Shown in pieces: positions 1 through 13,600 of a stretch of 64,000 nt of DNA (position 1 is its first letter; each line of letters starts with the position of its first letter). The position numbers were made by a program, and so were the translations under genes. This DNA is from Lingula anatina (lineage: Eukaryota; Animalia; Brachiopoda), in NCBI GenBank assembly GCA_051362555.1, contig CM120640.1:16988001-17052000 (forward strand), in the 5' to 3' direction. The notes under the pieces are model-generated. The model was not told the origin of the DNA. It saw nothing but the letters and a program-made list of their open reading frames with translations, and did not search any database.

Positions 1-889
1 TGATGGTAACCTTTCACCATAGGATCGGCTGTTATTTAACGAAACAAAAAGTAAACATTTAATTAAAGGTCACAGTCACATAGAAAATCTGCCAAGAGAA
101 AACCTGCCATGAACATCATGTAGTCAAAACAAAAAAAGACAAGTGAGATGTAGAGGAATTTAGTCTAGTCAGTATGACAAAATCGTAAAAGATACAGCTA
201 CAATCATTTGATGTCCACATCAACATCATCACAAAACCAATTCGTGCAATTAAACACAAGTATGTTATGATTATTTGATTGTCAACGGATAATGATATGC
301 CGACCACTGTGCTAAATACACTGTACGTCTGTGGAGAGAAATGCTTCTTCGCCGATGAAGTCTTATCCTATTTGCCCAGTTTTTGGAATATCAGGCCTTG
401 GTTTCGTAAAGCATACGTACACATATACATGTACAAGTGTCAGCCTTCGTTTTTCATAGAATGCATATCCATGACACCTAAATGTGAGCTATGAAAAGTA
501 ACGCATGGCTTAAGAATGTTGTTCTTTTGAGTGAGATGACATGTTTATCATTATGTGTCATGCAGGGAACGAATCATCTCTTTGAGGCTAGTTTTCTTCA
601 TCTATGGAGAAGTTGTCTGCCATTGTATTGTGAGTGTAAATGATTGTGCTTATGACTGCGCTTGTTGAGATAGAAATGTGGCGGCTCACTTGAGTTGCCA
701 TGCTAGGCTTCTTTCGGCTGTAACATTTATATGTATTTTTTATAAAATGTTATTGTGGAGATTAAAGTGTAAAATAAATGACAAGAAAACAGATATATTG
801 TACATCATTAATAATGCGTTTCTCGAACTACCGATAATGATAATATATCGCAGGCAAAATAAATATTGAACAAATAGTGGCCAGAGTTA

Positions 890-985
890 CGGAAGCGTGT
901 AAGGGTCACAACACCACACACGAACGTCACAACAACACACACGAAACTCACAACACTACACACAAAACTCACAACACCACCCGAA
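890..985 (+). repeat. Solo end of the ACAAC-minisatellite foldback family
   Basis: GGAAGCGTGTAAGGGTCACAACACC followed by AACTCACAACAC repeats, as at 22285 and 28517. Confidence 0.75.
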
Positions 986-1480
986 CAGTACAACTACATG
1001 TAACTATAATTATATTCTGGATAAATGTTTTTAACGTATCTACAGGTACATGTATGTATCCACCTGGGTGGATGAAAAAAAAGGCAATATAAATGTAATT
1101 TTAAATGAGTATGCTATTAACCAATTACAAGGTGTATGAATACTCCTAGCTTAGTTAGGACGATTGTACCAAGTTACTATTACTACTACTCAATACAAAA
1201 AATATATTGTCACACACGTTTTTTAACAGTCAAACACCCTGTCTGTGAAAATACAATTAGAGAGCTCTCTTATATAAGTTTTATGCCATCTACATACATG
1301 TACCAATACCATTATACAAACAGACATATCGACTCACTACTCCAAATTCTGAAATAAACGACACATGGTAAAATGACTCCCTTCAACCCAGGATTACAAT
1401 TTGTATTCCAAGCATAAAGCATTCTCAAATATTGGTTTAATACTCTAAAGTTGGCTATTATGAAAATTAAAATGGTTTAC

Positions 1481-1520
1481 CTAAAAAAATGACCGTCCAT
1501 ACAACCAGGAAGTCTTTCGT
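1481..1520 (-). pseudogene. Exon 1 (signal peptide) of a fourth paralogue running off the left edge; start codon is ACG
   Basis: 40-nt exon ACG AAA GAC TTC CTG GTT GTA TGG ACG GTC ATT TTT TTA G|gtaaa aligns with exon 1 of A ([13 protein letters not shown]) and B, with the same upstream 5' context (plus-strand cgttcaac.tctaca). Confidence 0.7.
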
Positions 1521-1946
1521 CGTTCAACGTCTACAGTATATCGTCTAATAAAACAGCCCCTCAGAGGGTTTGGTAAATATCAATTTTTTTCTTTCTTTCT
1601 TTTCTTTTTTTAGCTATATCCCAAACACGTACCTTAATTTTGCCAAAATTAATACCGCACAAATGAACAATTGTTACTAAATAATATAAATATTATACAT
1701 GTTGTATCCTACAGACAGTCGGCACCACAAATGTACAGATGATATATTATGAAAGTGTCATCATGTCTACACGTCATTTACATGGCGGAAATCTATACCT
1801 AATGACCCGAACACCAAGTATATATGTCGACAACAGGATATAGTACTTGTGCTTGTATTATGTTGAGTATACTAAGTACAGTGTAGCTATATCAAATAAA
1901 GCAGTAAAATTATTATCTATCAAAATACAAGAAATGTAAATGGGGC

Positions 1947-2160
1947 ATATCCTGAATATATAATATGCATGAAATGATAAAGTCATTGTCCATCACTACC
2001 CATTCTGTCCAGTTTATAAACAAGAGGGACGTCCCGTTTGGGGCATGATAGGAAATATCCTGAATATATGATATGCATGAAATAATAAAGGCATTGTCCA
2101 TCACTACCCACTTTGTCCAGTTTATAAACAAGAGGGAAGTCCCGTTTAGGGCATGATCGA
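1947..2160. repeat. Tandem duplication, 2 x 108 bp, downstream of the gene A stop
   Basis: ATATCCTGAATATAT..CATTGTCCATCACTACCCA..GTCCAGTTTATAAACAAGAGGGA..GGGCATGAT starts at 1947 and 2055. Confidence 0.85.
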
Positions 2161-2336
2161 TGGTTGGATGATTGAGACGTTGCAATGACCAAAATTATCA
2201 GAATCTTCCGGCGTATGAACACTGTTTGTACAGTAACATTTTAGCGTGCAAACATACATGCACTGAGTAGGCCCTATACATGTTTGATATATAAACGTAA
2301 ATTATATGTGCAAAGCGTTTCTTATGCTGGTATCCG

Positions 2337-3681
2337 TTATATCTGAAAGTTGGCGTAGGTGTCAAATCTTCTGGCGTACTCTTCAACTGCAGTATAGCAA
2401 AATTTATACTGGGCCTGAAAAGACAGAAAAGAAAAATGTACCTGATAAATGAATAATAAAAGAATAAGTACATAATGTCATTAATATAATAATTGATAAC
2501 TGTGTGAAACACCCTGCAACCATGAGTCATCTGAAAAATTTGACCTCATCCCGTAACACATTATCATTAAAACACTGCAACTGAATTAGGTTCGCTTATG
2601 AACATAACTTTAATGGATTCTAAGGATTTAAGGCTATTCTCGTACCAAACTGTCTATGAACTGTGGTCTGTTGATTCGCACGGCTTTGACTGTGTGAAAC
2701 ACGTCCACCTGTTGTTCCACTTTCATCTTCTCTAATATTCTGGACACGGCACAGAAAACGCCGCTCTGGTGGGCTCCGTTCCTAAAATGAAAATAAATGT
2801 CTTCTTACAGATGAGAAAGATACATGAAGGTATGTTTAAAAAGCAAAACATTGTGGAAAAAACAATTGAAATGTATAATTATTTATCATTTTACCAATGA
2901 ATCAACTGATTTAAATTTCATTTTCAATTAAGTCTTACATGCAGTGCACAGTTATGGTTGTGTTTCCACTCTGCTGTTGCCAGTGTTGTACTTCATCTAA
3001 TAGTTCTAAGAGCTCTTCTGTTGAGGACGGCGTGGGATCTGATGTCTTCCACCCTTGGAGCTGGAACTGGCGTATCTTGCGCGGCTCTTCTTTGGTCTAT
3101 AATTACACAAATAAACAAGATGAAGCTAAGTGCATCTGTCCCTCTCTCTCCCTCTCTGACAGATTCCATGAAATCCTCCCACTAATTACTGCTGTACTGC
3201 ATAGCAATCTAAGGGTCAGTCTCAAAGATAAGGGCCTATGTAATCACAGTCTTCTAAATACAATACAGTGATGATTTGATCCCCGTATCAGCTAAAACCT
3301 AAAGAACAACCATACATTACAAAATACAGAAATAAATATTTGTTTAAATGGGATGCATTAGCGCAAATATGCTCTGGTTACATACCCGCTTTCTATTTTT
3401 CAGCTCAAATTCCTTTACAATGCAAGAATCCCCACTCTTACATGTAGACACAAATTCCACTGTGAAAGGTCCATATGTCGCTGAGCCAGATTCAGGCCAG
3501 TACACAGCGGCTGTCTATAAAGATAAATAAGTAAATAAATAATAAAGCAATCTTATCTTGATCCTAGATGAAAAAAAATTAACGTCATATTTAGAAAATT
3601 AATGAATCATGAAATAAAATTGGTGGTTTACCATCGATGTTGTATATCTACAGTGTATTTATATATTTGCATTTTTTCGCT

Positions 3682-3732
<51 letters not shown>

Positions 3733-4653
3733 ACTGAACCATTAATTCATAATTCTACTTAAAACAGACGGAAGTCTACAGCAACATCAAGTATATAATT
3801 AAAACGATGAATGGATAGTTTTATCTTCTGGATGCAGCCTATAGCAACATATTGGGAAAACGAAAATAATCTTGACGCCTTTCCATTACTATAACAAAAT
3901 CACTTACATGGAACGAATGTTTTCATGCCTCAATTATAAGCCTCATATATTTTTATTGTATATACATAGGCCTATAAGTTAAAACTAATAGGTCAAGCAT
4001 ACCTTATCCATCTTGGTTCCTTCATTCATCATGACTACTGTAGCAGAATTGTGATCATACATCATTCTCCAGAAGTCCACCACAGTATCTGGTAAAGGCA
4101 TCTGTGTCACGATGTAGGCATCACCCTGGCGGTAGCCCTGGAGTGAACAAGACGCGATGTTGAATAAAACAGATCTAAATCACCGGGGTAATAAACTTAT
4201 ACATGTGTCAACACTCAACTGTGGTTAATAGTAACTTTAATGTTTATTTTTCTCTAAAAAAGGAAATTTCTGCTCACCTACAGTTTATTCCATGGAGAAA
4301 GAAGAAATACCATTCATTAAGTCCTTACAAAACCCATTTTGTTCATCGTTCGTACTTATTATGAATTTGATTTCAAGAGTCTTGTCCTTCCTTATAAGTA
4401 AATAATAAAGTCTCCTTTAAACTAGTATCGTCAATAAACGTTATACAAATATGACGGATAGTAATGTCATGTGCTGGCTTACATCTATGAAGACAGCATT
4501 GATGTAGTCAGTGCCGCCATCTACCGGCGTGGAGAGATATGGTCTGCATCCGTTTGCTGGGGTAATGTTCCTGACACGGTTTTTGTTCACATTGGCTGGA
4601 TCCAATGCTGCTTTGTTTGTGTCATCAGATCCAACAAACATGTATTGAAGAAC
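2337..4653 (-). CDS. Gene A PTP D2 domain exons (degenerate) and C-terminal YANF tail
   Basis: [39 protein letters not shown] (no catalytic Arg; WPD replaced by WKT), stop TAA at 2337-2339. Confidence 0.9.
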
Positions 4654-7600
4654 CTTAAGACAAACCATAAAATCCCATATAGGGGAGACCGGGGCTTTAT
4701 GAAAAAGTAACTACTAGGTAAAAAATTTGGTCACATACTCTTGTAAAGTGACCGTAGCCTACAACGCTAAGGAAGTATCGGACGTTAAAAAGTTTTACTT
4801 AAGCGGTGAGTCCAAATAAACGATTTTTGCACCTAAAAGTAATTTTGTTTATCAGAATTAAAAATCTGTTTTCAAAGGCTTTTGATCGAATATAATATAT
4901 GTATAGGGCATCAAACTGAAGCTCATTGTTTCAAGTTTCACTGAGATATATCATCGTTGCTCATTCTAGCATCATAAATGGTTGCCATCCTTTAAAATAA
5001 AAAAGGTGCACCCGGGGCTAGTTGGCCCCCTAGACTCGGGGCAAGTTGGACCCTCATATTACCCACAATCCTTTGCGCGCAACGCTGTTTGAAATAAACA
5101 AGTTGGTGAAATTGACAAAGCTTGCCGGTGTTTACCGTCTGATTGATTTCATTAAATTTGCTCTCTGGTGTCTTTTCAAAAATTTATATTAGAAATGTTC
5201 TGTTGATTGTATGTATTAGAAAGTAAATCCATTGAACTTTCCTTAGAAAAACATTTATTTTGCCTTAATTCATTTTAAGGGGATTCCCTTTGTATTTATA
5301 GTGTTATATGTGGTCCCAAGGGGATTTTCCACCCCTCCCTAGCTAGAGATCATTGTTGAAACAAACTCAATGGTCTAAAACTGAATTTGTTACTTTCTTT
5401 TAAAACGAAAATTTATTATTCGTTTTCATTCATTAAAAACCTGCTTTATACCATTTTTAATTTATTCTTAATTAAAACAAAACAAATTTTATTGATAGAT
5501 ATTTTGGTTCTTGTAACACGTACCCCCCCCCCCCCCCCTACAACGTGACGTACGGAAACCTCAATAAATCTGCCTCATTTGAACTATTTATTCATCAAAG
5601 ACTCTAAAAAATCAATTTAATAAATTAAAAATGTATAAAAATGTATTTCAAGGCGTTTACATGGGATATATACTTCATTTTTGTATAGGGGGGCCAACTT
5701 GCCCCGACCCTGGGGCCAACTTGCCCCGTGGCGGGGCAAGTTGGCCCCATTGACGTCAACTGCGTCTTTTGTCAAATTGTGAGCCATCTGGCATTATATT
5801 TGAAAAATAATGACGTTGCATACGTAGCTTAGTTCATGGGGCTTACTTTGAAACCGATCTTGTTACTCTAACCTATTCCTAGTTGGCTCTACAAGGCGAA
5901 AAGTGTCTAACTGGGCCAACTAGCCCCGGTCTCCCCTAGATCAAAACACACTAGCACTCTTGCAGATCATTATATCAAGGAGTTATAACATCTGTTATAA
6001 CTCCTTGATTATATATATATACATGTACAGTGTATATAGCATGAAAAACATTTTGGTTCATAAATTCATGGCGCCATCGTAAAAATGTGTTTGCAAAATG
6101 TGTATCAAATACTACAATGGGCGACGTCATACAAACTTATGCACCAGTAAAGGAACAGATTGAATAGAATTGAAAACAAAATTAAAATCTGTGAAATTTT
6201 AATTCTTTAAAGCAATAATAACTCTTCCTTTGAGATTCAAAATTCCGCATGAAATACATTGTAAACAACGCATGGAAATATATTCTATTGTATTTTACCA
6301 CTAAAACGGCCGTTATTGTAGTAAAAACTAAAATCTGTGCTTGTCAATAGGGCTTTCGATGCTTTTCTTCCCGGTCATCAAGGCATTCGTTGCTAATGAC
6401 GTAATGGTGTCACGCGGATTCTCGCGTTCATTCGAGACCAAAATAACATATGGTGCCAAACGCATTAATGCAGACGCAGACGTAAGTTGCGTGTTTTTGT
6501 ACAGTGCGTCGGATAACGAAAAGCCCAGAATGGCACACATTGTGGATATTAATGTATTTTTAACAAAAAGACGAATATATCTCATGAATCTTATGTAGTG
6601 TTGTTGTTGTCTGCTTTTCCCGCGGTTTTAAGTAGGTCAACAGTGACTATGCGATGTCAGAGTCAGTTAAAATCTCTTAAGAGATTTTAACAAAAACCGT
6701 ACGTTTAGGAAAAAAACCCTGGATTAACTTTGAATGCAGGAATGGGGTCGCTGACCATTGGTAAGTACGGGGAAATTGCCGTTTACTCCAGGAAAATCCA
6801 ATTTTTGGCCAAAATGAAGAGTTATTATGACTTTAAGCAACTTTGATAATATCATTTGTTCTTTGCTCGCTCATATTTTTTATTATTTTCAATTTTAATC
6901 ACTTTAAGGTCATGAAGATCATGGCCTTTAACAGAGAAATTAATTTTTTATATATACACTCACAGCAAACTCTCCCTCTAACTTTGACAGGCCGGATTTA
7001 CTGTCCACCTGATCAAGTCGATGTAGATATGGTTGTAATTCCTGTACAGGGATTGTCGTAGTTCCACAGTACAGTTCCTCTAACATGACGTCGTGGACGA
7101 AGTAGTATTGCTCCTAAATTTGAAAATTTTATCATTTTAACATAAAAATACAGAAAAACTTGTTCTTAATTTTTCCAGCAAGCTATCTTTTCAATAGGAA
7201 TGTTCTAATTTCTAAAATTTATGACTTTAAAAATACAGTATCTGTAAAATTTGAAATTTTTCCCATTGAAAAGATAGAGTAAATACTGTATGTGCAGGTT
7301 GATAAACAGCTTAGCAGATTTTGTTAATTACGCAGGCATTTTTAATGAGTGAGTACAAAATACTTTGTACTGAAATTTAAAAAATCATTCTGATAAAAGT
7401 TAGAGTGACATTATGATTCAATGTAAACTAGCCTCAGTTTGTATCATCATCGGACGTGAACCTCTCATCTGTTGAACAAGGTTGAATATATTGATCTTTC
7501 CTTCAGCCTCGGCTTGGTCTAACAGGTAGTCCAGGGCGATGAAAGTTCCAGTTCTACCAACACCAGCACTATTGGAGAAATTAAGCAATGGTAAAATACA

Positions 7601-10600
7601 GCTATAATTTTTTAACATTTTTAGTGTAAATAGAACTTAAACTGTATTATGGAAATGATACGAACAGCAATTCTAAAAGTAAACACGTGTTTAGTAATAA
7701 AGAACTTAAAAATTATAGGATTTTTACTGACAATATTCATACTTCTAAGTATAGCCATGTTGATATCAAGGGTAATAGCTGGTTTAAAACAATGTTATTA
7801 GAACACTTCAATTAAATAAACAGGAAAACAAGTTAGAGGTTCTTCATCACTCACACTTGGCAGACGGTCCTTATATGAAATAGTTAGAAGAAATTTTACG
7901 TTCAAACACAAAATACTCTCCCCACCTGCAATGGACTATGGTGGGACCCCGACCTTCCACCTTTCTCTGAAAACCTTTGACCTCCTCTCGGAAGCGCACC
8001 AACGCTGAGGCGTCTACGGGCACTCCGTGGTCAGGCCAGCCGGTGAAATGAAATTGTCTTACCGTCTTTGTGGGGGAATTGGACTAAAACAAATTATAGG
8101 TATCTAATAATTGGTTTATTACATCAAATTACCATCGACTTGTTTTATGTAGAGTCCTGTAAATTATTGAAGCTGAGAAGAATTAGATATTTCGCTAGAT
8201 AACAAATGTGGATTTAGTTTTATTTTCTAGAGATTGAATATTTGCTGACCTACCACAGACATAAGCAGCGTCCGCACAGTGAAATCAGGGTGAGTTTCTT
8301 TTTTCTTCAAAGTCACAGATACTATGCCGAAGCGTTCACTGCCTTTATCAGGCCAATATTTAGCACATTTCGCCTAGAAACGAAAATAATGCATAATGCA
8401 GAAATCTTTTGTTAACCAATACTACATGTATGTACAGCTAGAAAAAAGCACTCAGAGACAACTCGGTTCTCATTACTATTAATTATTTAACTATTAATCT
8501 AAGTATTATTGAGATAGAGGCAAGTCCCGTGTGAGATAATATATTGCCACCTTAGCGATATATGCCAGAACACCAGGGAGGGCATCAGGGTGCGGTGTTC
8601 ATGGTACAAGAGGGTGGCAGTGTATAATATGGAGACAAAAAGACAAAAAAAAAAAAAACTCCTTGGCGGAGGCAAACATAATATAATTGCAAACAAGCGT
8701 TAATCCATCAAGAGATTGAAAATACCTTGCCATTTTCTGCCAAGTTCGTCACCATTACAATCAGGGGTGAATGTTCCTGCCAAACCATTCGCCAGAAGTC
8801 GTTCACTGTGTTTGGTTTCGGACCTTATGAATTTAAGCAAACATTTAATTATTTAATTTTGATTACAATGAGGCAGTCACATTATGACATGAATGATGGC
8901 ATTTGCAACAACAGAAAAAAATTAAAAGACTCTTTATAAGAATACTGAACAATATCAACAATTAACGCCAAGAAATGATATAAACTTAAAAGCACCTACC
9001 TTGAGCGGCAATAAATGCTTTACTCTTCTTGTAGCTCTGTAACAGAAAATAATATAAAAGAAAACATAAAATATACCACTGAAATATATCCCTTGATATT
9101 TAAATTAGAAAAACAATAGATACAAGTACCAGTACATGTATTTCGATTAAAGATCAGGAACAAAATAGGTATTTTTTTTTCTACAAACAGAACCATTTTA
9201 GCTGCAAAAGCACATCTATTCACTTACGTCGATATAGTTAGCATTGATGTAATCGGAATGAGGATCATCCGGGAGTGGAGTCAGTACGATTCGAGAGTGG
9301 TCATCTATAACAGCAAGTAAAAGAGACAGTATCATTGACTTATTATAGAATTAAATATTTTACACAATTATAACTGTAAGATTCTGCAAAATATTACTAT
9401 TGTGAATGATTAGAAGAAAGCACTGTAGTGTTTGAATTTCAGCTACGTATTAATTATTAACAACAAATGATATGCCTAATAATTTTTTTGTAAATATTCA
9501 AAATAAGTGCGTTTGGTCTACTTACAGGCCATGATGTTTTTAAATCTATTCTTCGTGTGATTTTCCGGCTTCTGACCCACTGTACATTTCGCAGTGAATA
9601 CTGTAGGGAATTTCTACAGAATAAGGCAAATGTTTGCATAAACCAACGGGGATAGCTATTACAATACATATCGAGTATCTTGTGGAAAAATTTTACAGTT
9701 CATATTGGCTGGGATACCATTTACCCAAGTGTAAACGGCTTTTATAGGATTGAAGAAGTAGAAATAAGCAGTATCCTACCTCATATTCCGCTTTCAATGT
9801 ATCCCTACTTTTAGTCTTCATTATTGCGAAGATTTCGCCTACAGGTATATCGGTGCCCTGCTCCACGTTGCCGTACAAAGGCTCTAGGAAACTGTCCATA
9901 TATGGATTTTCCGACAGCGGGCGTTCTGAAGGTTCGCTATCTGTGGTAAGATTATAAAAGAAAATTAATAAATGCAGATAATGACAAACTTTCGGAGGTT
10001 TCCAAAGCTTACCCATGTAAATATCTAGTGTGATCGCTTGAATGGCTCCTAAACCAGATATGTGCTACATGTATATCGATTATAAGGCCTGACTTGATCC
10101 TACTAAGAACATACATTTTGTGATCTTACTTCTACGCTCTCAAGAGGCTTTACCTTTAACGCGTTTCTCCAGCTCCATAAATGACATTCTTGGTTCAGGC
10201 GCACTATCTGGATTTTTCCTTCCCAGTCTCTGCCTTCTAACGAATGTATTGAATATTGAGTTGATGCAGGCGGCAATTATATGCATTGATCTACCAACAG
10301 TTTCAATGATTTAAAAAAGTTATAAATTTGCAGTGAGTGCGTAGATATTAACGCGCCGTCGTTCATCAGTTTTTCAGAAAATACCATTTTTAATATTTAG
10401 TTTTATTTATTTAATTTAATGACAAAAATATCAGTTATCACACAGACTTATCCGGGGTCCCACATAGTCTACATGTAGTTGAATTGTGGACAATCCGTTT
10501 TATACAATACATATTTACCTCATATATACCCAGACTGCTATAGCCAAACCTGCCACCACCAATACAGCTGCAACAACTCCTCCAACAGCACCAGCGGTGT

Positions 10601-13600
10601 CTGGATCTAGATAGAATGTGTCCATGGTCTTATTTCTCTATGTCCTTTACATTTATATTTTCATTAAGATACTGCTTATGGATAATAAATTTATTAATTC
10701 ACTTACGCCTATTTTGTTGGCATTATTGTATGTTAAATGTTTATTAAAGAACATTTTATATTTACTTTTGTCGTCTTGCTGTGGTATAAAGCCCTTCACT
10801 ACAGCAACATAGAATTGGGCCGTGATCTTCAGATGGAAAAGACAGAATATTAGAAATTACTACCTTTTCAATATAGTTTGCAAATAATGTAATATCATCT
10901 TAACAAAGGAAATGTATGCGGCTTCAACTAGAGTTCTACATGTACCGTGCATACTACAAATAGACAGTAGGAAATATTCTAACAGATGCTACCCCACTTA
11001 AAAAGTACGTACCCCATCTACTGTCTGTACTGGACCAAAATATATATTGTAAGATTTCCCTTCCTCCAGCGGCCGGTTATAATACCCTCCATATGTTTTA
11101 TTATCCCCAACAGTAAACGGGTTTCCAAGGTCACCAGCACCCAGTTCAGCCGCCACACACAGCAACTGCTCTGTGTCTGGCACAGACTGACACGGGACAA
11201 GTCTTTGGATCTTGGCGTCGTTTAGGTCTGAAGCCCGTCGGCGACGTCTCTCTTTAATTTCTTTCTCCACTACAATCCTGGCGTTAAAAATCATTTCATA
11301 AACACTACATACATGTACACGTGTACTGGTGTGTGTGTGTGTGTGTCTGTGTGTCTGTGTGTGTTCACACATGAAATATGTATTTTGCCTAATGGTACTT
11401 GGGAGGTCTTATTGAATGCGAATTGCATGGTTATAACAGCCATCATCTCTTTATGTTAATGCATAATTTGTGTATTATCTTGATGTATTTTTTGTCGTTA
11501 TACTGTCCTTTTGGAATAACAATAAATACCAGTTAAAATTGCAACGGGTAATAAGTTAAATTTGTTCTACCTATAACTGTACAGGTTTTCATATTGTTTC
11601 ACTGGCAACTTGACAGTTATGCTCGATCTTGTTCTTTGCAATATGCTCTGCGACACTGGGGTCACTTCAATATCATTTGGGACTGCAAAGATAAAACAAC
11701 AAATATTATTATGTCTGGACACCAATGTCACAAATATAAAAAAATGTATTTCTTAAAGTACATTTTATATACATTGTATACACATTAAAGGACTCGATTT
11801 CTTGGATGTTTTCACATTCACTACCGCTACATGTTTGATAAAGTAGGCCTACTTACCCGAAGGCTTTGTCCATGCGATAACTTGTGATGAAACCCCATAC
11901 CCTGCCGATGTTTTGGCCATTAACATACATACGTACTGTGTTCCTGACTTCAACTTATTAACTACAAATTTTCTTGCTGAGGTGACTTCATCTGGCATAA
12001 TCTTGTCATCAACAGAACATTCAATCTAGAATAAATTGGGAAATGACTTTCGTATCTTTGTACCAAAAGGCGACTACGTATAGGAACACAAATATGAAAA
12101 AAATTGACAAATGGGATTATAAATAAAAAAGACAGGGTTTCCATTATGACTTCCCTAGACGATAACACAGAACTATATGTTTGGCTTACCTTATAGCCTG
12201 TTATTCTTCCATTCCTGATAAATGGCTCGTTCCACGAAAACTCCAAAGATGTTTCTGATCTGCTGGTGTTGGTAAAATTACTTGGAGGTCCTGGCTCTTA
12301 AAATAAAGACGAAGTCATTAAATAATCAACATTATGATTATAAATATAGGGCCTACTTTAGTTTTTGTATAGAATAATTTAGGAAAGTCAATACGTTTTA
12401 CAGATTTTTTTAAACGATAATGCGTCATCTACAAAGTACATTTTAGTTAGGCCAACTTACTTCCTTCTACAGTTCTAGCATGAAGAGGGTCACTATATTC
12501 TCCGTTACCGATGGTGGTTCCTGCGCGGATCTTAAACACAAACGGAAATGTAAGACGCTACTATCATTTGGCAAAAACCCCCTTTACACTGGACAGCGTC
12601 CTTTCTGCGTCCTTTTTGCGACCATGAAACTGGCATTGCATGTCGTAAAAAGGAGACGCAAGGATCCCTTTGGTTGCAGAATGAATGCTCAATGATCGGC
12701 CTGTTGTCGGCACGTAAAGAATCATTTTTTTTCACTCTCAAATGGGCCCGTACTACGGGACTCTGCAAAGGGATGGGCGGTGTAAAGGGGGCTTAAGCAA
12801 AGGTGGGGAATATGCTAGCCGACTTCAAAGGTTTTTTCTTAACAAAAATGCCGATTGGCGTTATGAAACAGTGCTCTGACTTCAATTATATTACATGTTG
12901 ATATAGTACAAGAATTTACATCACAAAAAGAAGAGTTTGCCACATTTTGATTAATTTTAAAAAACGCGCTGAGGTGGATGTAAAACGAGCAGCACCGCGT
13001 ATACTAGATCCTTACCCTAAACCAGTATTTCGTGTTATACTTAAGGTTGCCTACAGATTCCCAAAAAGTGCTGGAGTTCAATTTCAATGAACTTTCCCAT
13101 TCGTTCTCTACCATTCCGTAAGATATGTTGTACTCTATTATGATTCCTCCTGGAGGTCGTGGTGCTTCCCAGCTTAACTCTATGGTATTGTGACTTCGAT
13201 TTACATCTTCAGGTGGTGTCATTTTGGGTGGGACTATAAAAATAGAGAAGACACGTTTGCGTTTTCAACGCTGCCGATAAGGTCGCTTTTATCATATTAC
13301 GTTATTTAAATTTTAAAAACATATAATTTACGTAGTTCCAAAATTATTTTGCAAAATGCAGAATGCTTTCTCTGTTAGCGTTCAACAACGTTTTGAAAAC
13401 TAGAGTAACTTTACATAAATTTACTACAAGTTTCTGAAAACTCTTTGTGTTGATATTATGGTAATATTTATGTCTTTCAATTTCACACTCAATCGACTTC
13501 GAACAAACTTGCTAAAAAAAAAAAAGAAAAAAAACTCAAGAACCTTTTCGTTGTGTACTTACTTCCTTCTGGTGTGAATTTATACATCTGACGCATTGGC

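Noticed and set aside
2939-3271. Plus-strand ORFs conserved between paralogues (also 55670-55861, 28634-28825, 50426-50794)
   Set aside because: Antisense shadows of minus-strand RPTP exons.
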